A DNA stretch of 64,000 bases from Sphyrna mokarran (Eukaryota), in assembly GCA_024679065.1 (NCBI GenBank), contig JAGIQG010000007.1, positions 76,942,001 to 77,006,000 on the forward strand, given 5' to 3'. The notes under the pieces are model-generated. The model worked only from the letters and a program-made list of their open reading frames with translations. It did no database searches and was not told where the DNA came from. Below, one piece after another: positions 48,331 to 61,000 of this stretch. A program made the translations under genes and the position numbers. Each line of letters opens with the position of its first letter. The stretch's first letter is position 1.

Positions 48331-51300
48331 CTTCCTGTTGGACTTTGACTGCATCCATAGAAGAACCCCATTGCTTCAGCCAAGCTTGTGAGAATGGTTT
48401 GCAGTCTTGTCAATGTGTATAAGTTGGTCCTCTCGGTGTGTTTGTATTGTATTTATAATTTGCTTTAACTGTATGCATGAATCCAAGTTGGTGTCCTTAA
48501 ATGACCCTCAGACTATACCCATGGTACAACATTATTATACTTCATTCTACCCGATAGCCAAGCCTTATTTAGGAATGATTCAACAAGTATATCCATTGGA
48601 ATTGGCATTTGGAATTTTTTTTTGATCGGTTTTTCTTTTTGTTCTGTGATTACTGTTTGTGTTCTAAGCTGATTGAAAAGAAGGCTGAGCTGAATATTAG
48701 TATTGTTTGAGGTATCAGAAGGCCGCGTGTTTGTATTCTGTAATTGCTGCAAATATGTAGAGAACTGTGAGTGGACTTTTACTGTTGCCTCAGGAACCAG
48801 AGTCCAGTCTCGCATTGCAACTGAAAGATTTCAAGAAAATTACATGTTGGCATCTCAGAGATTCTGTACAAAGGATGGTATTGAATTATGTAATTGCCGC
48901 AAGTATGTACATTTTCATTCTTTTTTTTGTATCTTGCATTAAATATCAGTGCATGTTTCATAAATCTGCTGCTTGTGGCTAATGGTTCTTTTTACCCAAA
49001 TAATGAGGCTAAATGTTCGTCAGGATTCGGAAGATGTTTCAGGGCACACTTTGTTTTTTGTGAAGGAAATCTAATTTTTCCAACCCCATGTCATCTTCTG
49101 GGGTCAGGGCTGCAGGTCAAGAATGGCTAGTGTGCCAAATGCAATCTACCCTGTCATTGAGGTATGACTGCACATTATAAACTGGAGGCAGAAATTAGAT
49201 TTTCTCTAGCACACCATTTTGATCTAATTGTGCTGGGCTTGGAAGTATAGCAGGTTCGCAGGTTCATGAAAAAAATGCCAGCTTGAGGAATTTGAAACAT
49301 TCTAAAAGTAAAGTGTAAAGCATTTTCACATCTATTAGATGCTGTATTTTAACGTAGACATGTTTTTCATGCAATATGGATAATCATCATATGGATCTGT
49401 TTTTAAAGGTAAATTGACTCTTACATTGACCAGTCTTGTGTACTTCTTCACATGCATTACAGTACTTTTTCAATGGCAAAAGACAGCATGGTGCAATGAA
49501 AAATATATTAAAGTTACCTGTCTGAGTCTGCTATCATCTTTTCTACTGTGATTTAAACTGCTCTGAATTTTTTTGTTTGAAAAACCTGGTTTTGACAATT
49601 GGAAAAATAAATCTAACTATCTGTTTCTTGACATTAATTAATAGGCACTCCACTTTGAAACTGAAATGAGCACCTGCTGTTTTTTTTCCTCCCCAGAGAG
49701 TAGTCTATTGTTTAGACAGCTGTGGCCATTATCAATGCTTGACTGAGTTTCAAGCCTGAATGAGTTCCAGCACAATAGGTATTCCATTCATCTGAGAATG
49801 AATGCCAAAGTTGAGAAGTTTTAATAACAGATTTTGTCTTTGATATGTTTTCTGGTTTGTTAACAAGCTAATAGGATTACAAGTTTTGCAATGTTTTTGT
49901 TCATGTGTCAAATATATGTTTTCTCTTAATATCAATGATATGAAGTTTTTATTAGAAGTGAGAGATTATTTTTGAAGGAATGAAATATTTTCAATTGATA
50001 TTGCATGGCAAGGAGAATGCATATAGAACATATTGGGTGAATGGTTAAGGAGGCTACACTGGGAGGCACGGAATAGGATAGGTTATCTGAGGTGGGCTAG
50101 TGGGTGGCCCAATGATCTGTGTTGGCATGACTGATGTAGGGGGACATGGTTTGCATTGCTGTTAGGTAAAGGCCTGGTTTTAGAGGTCTTAAAAAAGGGT
50201 CTTTAGAGGTCTTTAAACACTACTGGAAGCCAGGATACTGAGTTAGAGAACCAAGGCTGCCCTTATAACTGGGCCACCTTCATAGCCACACTGCTCCTCA
50301 TTGCTTCACAGCTCCCACATTGCACTGCAAACCTGACTCTGGTGTAAAAAGACAAAAATAACATGCAAAGTGCTACATGGGTCAGGGATGTAGTTTGCAA
50401 GCCATGGAAGTGCATAGATTGGGTTTTCCTGAGCTCATTGGAGGGTTTGACACAGAGAACTGATGAGAACCAACACGAGGCAAATTAAAGATACACCCTA
50501 TAGTATAGATAATGAGGCTCTTAATTGGAGAAGCCCTTAAGGATTAAGTGAAGAGTCCATTTGAAAAATTAGAAAACGTGCAAATCTTGAGATGTAAGCT
50601 TTTTAATGTTTACATCTTATTAAATAGTGTTCACAACAAAATACTTCACAAATTCCTACAGGAATGTTTCCTGTCATTGCAAGAAACAATTATATTCATC
50701 ATTTGTATCCACTGTTAAATGGATTTTTGAAAGGTAAACTCATAGCTATGCATATTCTAGGAGACACATCTCAAACTCCAAAAATAATTCAGTACTGAAA
50801 GGATAATCCAAAATGTTCTTTTAAATAAGCCATTGTCCAAATGTTATACAGAATACCTCTGAAGCAGTGAATGCAATTATTCTTGTTTTCACTAGGATAG
50901 AAATGCATATTGCATTAGACTGTCCAGTCACATGCTGAGCATCTTGCAAAGATTATCACATGCCAGTCACAGTAAGCCTCAGTGGTGCCGCTCTGTATCA
51001 TTATTTTCAGCATCAATTAATACTCCCCTGACCTGATCTTTTGAAAAACTTACAGAGAATTATCAGTGCATCTTTTTCAGCCTGTTGTGAAGGCATTAGG
51101 ACGGTGTATGATTGAAAAATGGTAGACCAAACAACATACTTTTCCATCTGCAAAGTTTTTAAGGCTTTTCCACAAGCCTTGGGGACAAATAAAAGGGAAG
51201 ACTGAATAATCCAGGTGGTAAAGATAGACTAACTGAGGAATAATGGCAGGTTAACATTCCAGATGGAATACGTTAGATCAACAGCAGCTGAAAATGGTGA

Positions 51301-51961
51301 TCCCACTATGTGTGCAAACAGAAGAAAAATGTCCAAACTGTCATGATCCTCTGATTAAAGGATCTGCTGTGTACACTGGTCAACCTTTATCCTGAACCCT
51401 TATTAGACTTCATTTCTTTTCTTCCACATAGCATTCAAAATCACTGAAAGGGTCATGCATTTGCAGTTAACTCTTTGCAAGCTCTTGGGCCGTTGTTGCT
51501 TTCACATTACAGATATATTTTCATTCATACGTAGATAAAAATGATTTTTGGCAAATTCCATTCTCTGGAAAACAGCACAGTTCTACAGAATAGTGCTTAG
51601 TTAATATTTTTGGGATTAACAAATGCATTTAGTTGTGATTATTTTTGAATGTTGTGTTAAATAACAATGCAGCATTCTAAAGATTCATTCTTAAGGCACT
51701 GAAAGGTCCAACTTGTCCCCCAAATCAGCTAGTATATTTTTAGATTTTCAGCTCACACACCATATTCTGTATAAGACATTTCTTTTTAAAAGCTAGCCAA
51801 ATATGTTTGAAGGTAGGATTATACAAATAAATATTAGAACTAATTTTAAATAAAATCAATTTTAAAAAAGAAGCTTTTGGATTCATTGGTTCTGTTTTTC
51901 TCTATTTTTGATTCTTTGCCAACCATTCTCCAACATTTATTATTTAAATGAATTTGCATAA

Positions 51962-52247
51962 TCGTTAGCACGATTATGCCTCACAGCGCCAGGGACCGGG
52001 GCTCGATTCCTAGCTTGGATCACTGTCTGTGCGGAGTCTGCACGTTATCCTTGTGTCTGCATGTGTTTCCTCCAGGTGCTCTGGTTTCCTCCCACAGTCC
52101 AAAAAACATGACGGTTATGTGCATTGGCCATGCTAAATTCTCCTTCAGTGTACTCAAACAAGCACTAGAATGTGGCAACTCAGGGATTTTCAAAGTAACT
52201 TCATTGCAGTGTTAATGGAATCCTATTTGTGACACTAATAAATAAAT
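51962..52247 (+). mobile_element. V-SINE, tail B
   Basis: GCCTCACAGCGCCAGGGACCGGGGCTCGATTCC...AAGTAACTTCATTGCAGTGTTAATG...GTGACACTAATAAATAAA. Confidence 0.9.
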
Positions 52248-53736
52248 TTCTACCTATAATATTTTCTTCTGATGGGCCTGTAGTTTTTTTTTAAAAAAAC
52301 TAGTGTGTGGTAATAAAGTTTCAAATAGAGCAAGGTAAGACGCAGCGTGGCAGCATGTTAAGAGAGCCACACAGGGCCTAAGGCTAAAGTTTAGAACTTC
52401 AATGGATAAATCTGGGTTTTTGGATAGTATTTTTACACATGATGCATTTGTTTTTTGAAGCAGCGCAGTTAATAACTGTTACTCATGTTCCACTGCTACT
52501 CTTCTAACCTGGTATGCTTCAACTAAATCCAGCATCCCTCCCTTGCTTTCTTTGTCGAAGTCCCTGCTTTAGCTCTGCTTTGAAGTAGGCATGTTGTTGC
52601 TGACCAGAACAAAATGCATTTTCAGATTTATTCTGTGTAAAAGAAATTATTAATGCATAATTGTTTGATTAAATGTCAGCTTCTTTACTCGAATAACCAG
52701 AGGCCCTGTAGGTTTCTGGCAGTGAGGTAGTTGCGTTGACTATCAGTACCAGGGCTGGGAATTCATTCCTAAGGCATTCTCCAACTAAAACATTAATGTT
52801 AGACTTTTGGCTTGGATTGTAATAGTCATTGAAGTGGAGTAGCTATTTATTAGTTGAGATCCAGACAACAGCTGCTGATATTTTTAATAAAAGGCACTTG
52901 TGAGTTGAAAAGAAAGCTGCTCCCAGCAATGGATGAAGTGATCAGGAGAAACACCATCAAGAACTTTGGAAAAATCCCATTGGGTGCATGAGAAAATATA
53001 GTTCGCACCAAAATGTTATTCATTGGAATTTATTCTGCCATTGTGTCTTAGTACTACCCCTGCATGTGGTGTAATATTATACCACGAATATGGAAAGGGA
53101 CCAATTGTTTTCACTTCACATTACCTTGGAACTGTCCGGTATTTTTGATTCAAAACTGTGTTGGGAGCTGTGAAAAAGAGTAGAACACAAATGACAAATC
53201 AGGAGTAATATTGTCTAAAATCTGCGTGTTAATTTATTCAAATATAACATAGTTTCAGGGAAAGCTTAGTCTTCTCGGTGGCAGGTCAGGGCATGTCAAA
53301 TTAGCAGAATAGACCTCTTAAGTTTTGCCACCAAAACAGTGAAAATATATTTAAAATCTACAAAGTCAGGATGTAGTGAAATTAGGATTATTGTTGTCGC
53401 TTGTCAGTCCTTAACATATATTAACGTCAGACTGCAGTGTGACTGAATTTGGAAGCCAGTGACATTCACCCAAGCAGGACAAAAATAAATGCCCTGTTTG
53501 ATTAAAAAAAAACAGACAATTTATATATACCCTGAAGAGTTAACAGCTAGTGAGCCATTCCTGTGGGTCAAGTGCTGCATTTGCATTTTGATGGGATGTT
53601 ATCAAGTAATTAATGCACCAGTCAGAATTTATTACCTCAGGAGTGAATTGAAAGGTTCATTACAAAATCGGTTTCAGTGGAAGATAGGCATTTCCTCAGA
53701 GTTAGCTTTTGACATGTTGTTCCTCGCATACTCTGC

Positions 53737-53908
53737 NNNNNNNNNNNNNNNNNNNNNNNNNNNNNNNNNNNNNNNNNNNNNNNNNNNNNNNNNNNNNNNN
53801 NNNNNNNNNNNNNNNNNNNNNNNNNNNNNNNNNNNNNNNNNNNNNNNNNNNNNNNNNNNNNNNNNNNNNNNNNNNNNNNNNNNNNNNNNNNNNNNNNNNN
53901 NNNNNNNN
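53737..53908. other. Assembly gap (N run)
   Basis: Run of N. Confidence 1.
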
Positions 53909-56249
53909 ATGAATAATTTAAAGATCAGCAAACTTCACATTTAATAAGCTGTATCAGATTATTAAACTTAAGTGCACTGTTTAGAGAAAACATGCAAAAC
54001 ACTTTTGGCTCTTCATTAAGTTAAGGCAAAAGGAGGGAGCAAGTTACTGTAGCATTTGTGTTTCAGCAAGAACAGCTGTTTTTCTCACTCTTGTAGCCTA
54101 TTTCTTATGTAGTGAAGGCCACTGCACAAAGGCATAATGGGAAATTTGAGCAGCAATCAAATTATAGCTATAAAATGAAACAGCAGACAGTTGTGGAAAC
54201 ACAGTGTAGAATGTACTATCCTTCCTTCACGACAGCTTGAAACACTACTAGATAGCCATGTATTTCTGAATTTTTAGTTAAAGATGAATGTAGCTTTTGT
54301 CTGGCAGTTCACTTTATGTTGGAATAGTCAATAATAAAAGCTTTACATTTTGTAACATGAAATGAATATTATTGTATTTAATGGAGGTTAAGATTTGTAA
54401 CTGTTGTGTTGCATGTTTTATATCATGTTATATTCTGTCGATTCATGCTAAATAAATAATCCAGCTTCCACTAAATTTTGTATCTGACATGTAGCAGGAA
54501 AGCTTGCTTTTCAGAAATTCAAGAAATACATCTGGTATGCAAAGTTGATTTGCAATAAACAAAAATAGATTCATCAAATGAAAAATCTATTGTGTACTTT
54601 AATTTTTAACAAGCTACATTTAGATGGAATAGACAAAAAGGAACTTTTTTTGTCATTATCTGAGCTTTCAAACCAAGGTTAGTTTTATAGAGCTTTTAAA
54701 ACACTATCATTCTGCAAAACATCAGTTTCATCAGACCTCAGAAATGTTGAATTTTTTATATATCTAATGGCTCTACAAATGTAAATGGTCCTGTAACTGT
54801 TATATACCACTGCTGTTTCATTGCAATAAATATAAATATTTTTTTAAAAAAGCGTGAAGTTAATGGTAAGCTTGTCGTTGTTTGATTTGGGATGGGTTTA
54901 AACTATAGCGGACAAGCCTCTAAAATGGCCAGCGAGTTACCTATTTGAAGTATAATTTTTGGATTGATTGAAATGGTTTTTGTTTTTTTGGGGGAGGGTG
55001 GGGGGTGGGGTGGAAGAAATCTACCAGCGAGCATGTGCTATTTAACCTGTACTCCAACCTGCCACAGTAGACAGCCCAGCTGAGTTCTTTGTTCTTCCTC
55101 GGGTTAATGGAGATTGAGAAGATGGGCAGGGAAGAAGCAGTGTAATTTTCTGCTATTTAAGCTTGGCGAAATGGCACTCTTCAGGAAGGAGCAGAAGTAT
55201 GAAACTGTAATAGGCATTTTAAAAGTGGGAGTCCATATAGATGCTTCAGGGATTCTCAGATTTAGGCATGCATAGAATTTGGAATGAGATAATCAGCATT
55301 GTGAAATTGAAACCTGTCTGCTGCCTGCTGCTGTTACTCTTCTCACTGCAGAATGATTTGTAACACTCATCTTCTTGAAGCAATGCAACCTTCAAGATTA
55401 TCCAGCACTGTCAATAGTAATTGTGAAAGTATTTTTTTACTGACAGAAATCAAGGATATTTATAACCAACAGAGATTCCGTTTCAACGTTTGGCTGTGAA
55501 AGAAAAAGAGAATCTTTCTTTGGAATATGCAGCTACTCCTAATCTTTTTAACGTGATGATTGTATGACGGTTGCCTAGGTTATTTTAAACTGAATCTGGA
55601 ATGAAAACACTGTCTCTTAAGAATTCACTGGAAAATTGTGAAGCTGTTTAATAGGATTCTTGGACCATTTCTTTTCAGCTTATAAACGTTCATGATAGCA
55701 TCTTTGTTAATTAAGCATGCTTTTTGCTAAGGTATTTAATTCGGGCATTAAAAATGCAAGGTTATATTTAAAAACTGAAAATAATCTCAGTCCACACAAT
55801 GGAAGCTGTCAACATGTTTTAATTCCTCAAAATGTGCTCAAACCCTTTGTTGAATTTAAGAAAATGAATGGCCAATAACAGAAGTGTTACTGCACTTCCC
55901 TTTTGACTAGAGGTCAAAGCATCTATTAGATGCCCGTATCTACCCCCTTCAACCAGAAAAGCTTTAATTGGGTTCAGGCATGCCACTAGATGGAGTGTCA
56001 CACAAAAGGAAGCTTTTCAGAGGGTGGGGGATGGGGAAGGAAGGAAGACAATCTGAGAACGTACAGTTTAATTGTTGGAATTAAAACTCCTGATTAGTGA
56101 TTGCTGAGCAGTCGACAGCCTAGACCTTCATTGTGCTACAGCTGGAGGACAAGTCATGGTGATGCTCGACGTTACATTATTCTATTCCAGCTCAATGGTG
56201 AGCAGATTGAACCCAGAGGCAATGCACAGTGACTAGTCAGAACCAATGA

Positions 56250-56500
56250 GCTGGTCCAAGATGTGTGATATTGCATTTGTGTCCCAGCTAGACAATGAGG
56301 TGTGACGTTGCATTATCAGTGTCCTAGATAGAGAATGGTATGTGATACTGCATTGTAGCAAAGAGATAGAGAATCATGCATAATGTTCCATTTCAGTTTC
56401 CCAGCTACAGTGATTGTAGCCATAGTGTGATGGTTGAAGCATAACATTCCAGCTGAACAATGACTTATGGTATATCACCATATTACAGACAGGGAATGAG
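56250..56500. repeat. Degenerate minisatellite (~38-40 bp unit)
   Basis: Units like TGTGATATTGCATT..GTGTCCCAGCTAGACAATG repeated about 5-6 times with decay. Confidence 0.6.
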
Positions 56501-56504
56501 CATT

Positions 56505-58020
56505 AATACAAAAAAAAGTGCTGCAGACGCTAGAAATCTGAAAGGTGGGGGGGGAAGTAGTACATACTAGAAATACTCAGCAGACCTAGTTCTATAGGTA
56601 GAGAGAGAAATGGAACAACATTTTAGGTGGCTGAGGGGGAGAGGTGAAAAGTGAGGGTGTTGGTAGTGAGGGATGGGATGGAATTGTGCCTGCTGGCCCT
56701 CTGAACAGATTAGTAGCAGCCAAGTGCTGAGGCAGGCTGTTTAAAACTCCCATTTTGGTTCTCTGCAATTTCATCCCAATTGATTGCTTAGATTTTCTGC
56801 TTGCTATCCCTCAGCCTTTATATCCACATCCATTCTAATGCCAACTCATCACCTCCACCCACCCCAACAGCCCTTCATAACCTCCACGCCAAAAAAATCG
56901 TTCATTGATATATTTTAAAAATGACAGCTGTTGCTATAACTCTATAAAAGTGTCAATCAACCAAATACTTAAAGTATCAATCACAGAAGTTATAAACATT
57001 TGACATCCCTTTATCTTTCGCAAATAAACATTGAACATGCTGGACACACAAAATATAATGAATTATAACAATCTTTCGCTGATGGTCCAAACACAAATTA
57101 AAGGTCTGTCTTTGACTCAGCAGAGAAGAAAGGAAATGTTACCTGATTGACAGATTTGTGATATATGAAACTATTTTTGCCATGATGCCTATTGTTACTA
57201 GCTCACTCTATATTGCGCAGCAAGAGGTGTCGATTCCTTTTGCTTCTGTTATTGAGTAGCAACAGCAGTTTTCTAAAAGAAAACGATGAATGGATTTTTT
57301 TAAGTAGTTTCACATGTGCAGTTGTTGCTAATGGGCTCATTTTTTTAAATAGAATGAATAGGCATGGAAATGCGGTAGGATTGACACGGAGTGGGTATGA
57401 GGCACCACTGGAGGTGAATGGGAGATATGAGTTGGCACAGAGTATGAGGGGCCATGGGAATGGGTAAGGACTGGAAGAGACATGGAGGGAACGTGGGGTG
57501 AGAAAGGACAGGCGTGGATAGGGGGATATTAACCTTATCTTTCAAAAGATATGCATGTCCAGGCTGTGGGTAAGATTTTCTAGCTTTTCCTGCCAAACTC
57601 CCTCATGGCAGGTTCCATGGTGAGATGCGTGAGCCATGCAAAATGGCATAGACTTTGGAGGGACAGAAGATCCCACCCGTGACCTATGGCTCACTGCATC
57701 TGCCATGGGAAAACACTGGCTCCAACTCCTCTGAGATCTTTGAATCACACATCATGGAAAATCTGTCTTGTCTCCAAGAAAATTGGGGGAAGCAGGGTTC
57801 AGCGAGGAGTTGCTTGCCCACAATGGAGTCAGTCAGGTTGTGAGTGCAGGGTGAGGGCTCACCACCCACAGCACTGGAAATTGGAGTGTCAGGAATGAGA
57901 ATGGGAATCCATGAATTGGATCCATCCTGCCAAGCTGGGACAATAAATTTTGTTACTTTCTTCACTGAAGCTGCCAGACCTATTTAGTATTTTTAGCACT
58001 TGTTGTATTTTATTTCAGAA
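56505..58020. mobile_element. Fold-back family 2 arms (~56505-56620, ~57940-58020) flanking a ~1.3-kb non-autonomous insertion
   Basis: CTAGAAATACTCAGCAGACCTAG vs GCTGCCAGACCTATTTAGTATTTTTAGCAC..TTTTATTTCAGA; the insert has internal inverted repeats (TGCCAACTCAT ~56839 / ATGAGTTGGCA ~57427). Confidence 0.5.
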
Positions 58021-61000
58021 AATAAGCATGTCAGGCTGCAGGAAAAGAGCTAGAAAAATTATCTTCAGCTACAAATAACATTGAGTCTTAGTAATTATAG
58101 ATTTCTAGGAGGGTATTTTCAAAAAAATAATCTTGTTTCCTTAATGTTTCTCCTCGGCTGGATTACAACCCATGGAGCTATTCATTAAATATGGGCTGAA
58201 ATGATGATAGTCAGCAAGTTCTTAAGTGTATTGGTTCTAAATCTGATCTCCTCCACGTCCTCAAATCTGCATATGGCCACTTGCAGCAAGTATTTCTGGG
58301 GTCTGTGAGGAATAGACCAGTTATCAGATATAGCAACTCTCAACTACCTAAACTGAGACTAGCAATATACCACAAACCCAGAGTCTTCCTACTGCACTTC
58401 ACAATATATTTATTCACTGTGCTTTCAGGAGGATTCACATTTCTTGCTTTTAAAAATAAAAGCTAATTGTCTCTTGAGTAGAAGAATAGGATGACCCAGG
58501 GAAACTTTACAGGCGATTACAGCCTTTCCAGATTTCTTGGCCAGGCATGGACGTATAATCACAGGAAAATCTCTTCCCCTTGCAAGGATGCAGTGTACCT
58601 GAAAACCTGTGTAAGATTAGCATCCGCTATCCTGCAGGAACTCAGGAACAAGTGTTGACCGTATCAACGGAGATTTGAAACTATCTATTTTATGGATGCT
58701 TTGTTAAGAGTATTACACTGCTCAGCTACTTGTGTTCGTTTTGGGGGAAGATTGCAATGGTGAAGGTTGACCTGCTTATTGTCAGTGCACAACTCTGGGT
58801 CGAGTGTTGCACCATTCACCTCTCAGAAACAGCAAAACTATATTTGCAGAAAGATGCGCATAATGATCTTCTGCCGAAGTGTGAGCACAGTGAACTGTCC
58901 CATTTCTATGTTACTCACTATAGTAAATCGAAGTGAAGCTCAATAACGTTAAACCAATGCCTGTTTGAAAGATTTGTTTTACAAAACCTTTAAAACTGCT
59001 TTGGATGTACATACATTGATTTTGTTCTGATCTCCTGAGCTTTGGTGGGAAAGCAAATTCCATAGATTCCGCATGCACATGACCCCCTCCCCCTTCCTCC
59101 CATTCACTTCCATAAATGCAAAAAGATTAAGGACTTTTATCATGATCCTGAAATAATCAGTGGCATAGGGTAATAATCTTGGCCTTGAGCCAGTGTTATT
59201 GTTTTCTTAGGTCACACAATCAGTTCAAACAATTCTTATTGACTTTCACTTGCTGCATTCTGCCATTACGCAAAGTTTGTGTTATTAATCAAAACCATAT
59301 GCTGCAAATTGCCATCGAAAACTAAATTCATTGCCTCTGCCATATATATGGAATAATTGAATATTCATTTCACAAACTGGGAAAGTCTTTTTTGCAATAC
59401 TTCAATGAAAGCTTAATAAATAATGAGTTGAAGATGTTAGAACACCAATACCTTCCCTAGGTTGGGTTCAAACATCCTACAGCCATTAACTCATTATGGT
59501 ACACAGATGTTATGGAGCAATGTATGTTGACAGCAAGAAGTAAATAGTATATTTTTAGCAGATTTAACCTTGGTTAGCCTGGTATATTAGTCAGACTGAA
59601 TGCAGCATTTGTAGCTCAGTGTGAGCTGCTCGTATTTTTCACTACTATATGATTGAGGATTAATGTATAAAAGCATATTGCCTCCAAGAAAATAGGCAGA
59701 TATTATTCCAAGGCTGTGTAACTACTAAAGCGAACACCAGTCATTGAATATTATATTTATGTGGTGCTCTCATTTCTTTGGCAATGAAATAAACATTTTT
59801 GTATGGCTCATTTATTACTACTGAAATAAGCATTGGAAAAATATTTATTTTCAGCAGGCAATATGCAGATAAGGTCTTTTACAATAATTCCATTGTGTGG
59901 CCCATGATCCATGCAGGATATGAGTCGAGCAGCTGGGAGCTTGCTAATTATTTGTTACAGATAATGCAGTATGGACACAGTATACATAATTTAATAAACT
60001 GCATTAGGGTTTTAACATGCTACGCCCTCGAGTGTTAGAATTAGAATTTTTGCTCCACAATTCTCCTTGAAGCTGGCCCCCAAACTCAACAGTGTTTTCA
60101 AGGAGGAGGCATCAAGTTGAAATCTTTCTCTTCTCCGCAGACACAGGGAAAATAGCAAAATGAGTAAGCTCAGTGACCAGCTACTACTGGGCAGCTGGCT
60201 CAGGAGCACTGAGATGGCTCGAGATTTTTAACTGCTGTTTTCTTCAGAGTTTTTTTTGGCAATGGCGTATGTTCATGGATTGTATTTAAAAACAAAGTGA
60301 ATGCGAACAGGTTTACAAAGAAAGACCACAAGTTGGAAGCACTGAACATTGTGTATTAAAGCCAGACGAGTTATTTTAAAATCTGTCACAACCAGTCTGT
60401 TTCAAATAGAAACAATAAAGATCTGTTGTCTCATCTCAGGCCCATTAACCAGGATGATTGGACAGTTGAACCATTTGCTATCTCTTCTCCATATGTCAAA
60501 CAAATATTAATGCTCAGTCTATTTATTTGGGCATGGCAGGATTTTCTCCTGGAATTGGTTTCACTGGCAAATCTCAACAATGGAAGGCATCAGCAAGATA
60601 CTGCAGTCCTACTTCCTGCGATCAAACGCAGGAGGAAATAAAGGAAAACTCATGTTCAAGTGGCTGGACAAAGAACTGAGACATTGGGCTTGAACCTACT
60701 TGGGGTGGTAACAGAGCTGGGGTGGAGCATGGAAAGTGAATGATAAACTGGCATGAGTGTCTGCTGGGATTTTGCCTCATGAGACGTTTTCTTATTCAGT
60801 GGGAATCACTGGCCAATGATCACCAGTTTGAGGAGCAAGAGATCATCCCTGCAATAGTCAGGTAAATTTCTAGGTGGAGAATCCTGATTGGGGAAGAGGG
60901 AAAGCAGGGACAAGGGAGGCCTAAGGTTCTTTTGTGATGCATGGAGGACAACGTGTGGCCTGGTGAGAAATAATCCAGTATCCCTGCCTCAATTCAAAAC

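Noticed and set aside
56250-56500. CRISPR-like array
   Set aside because: Vertebrate intron, units are degenerate and contiguous with no unique spacers, and no cas genes.
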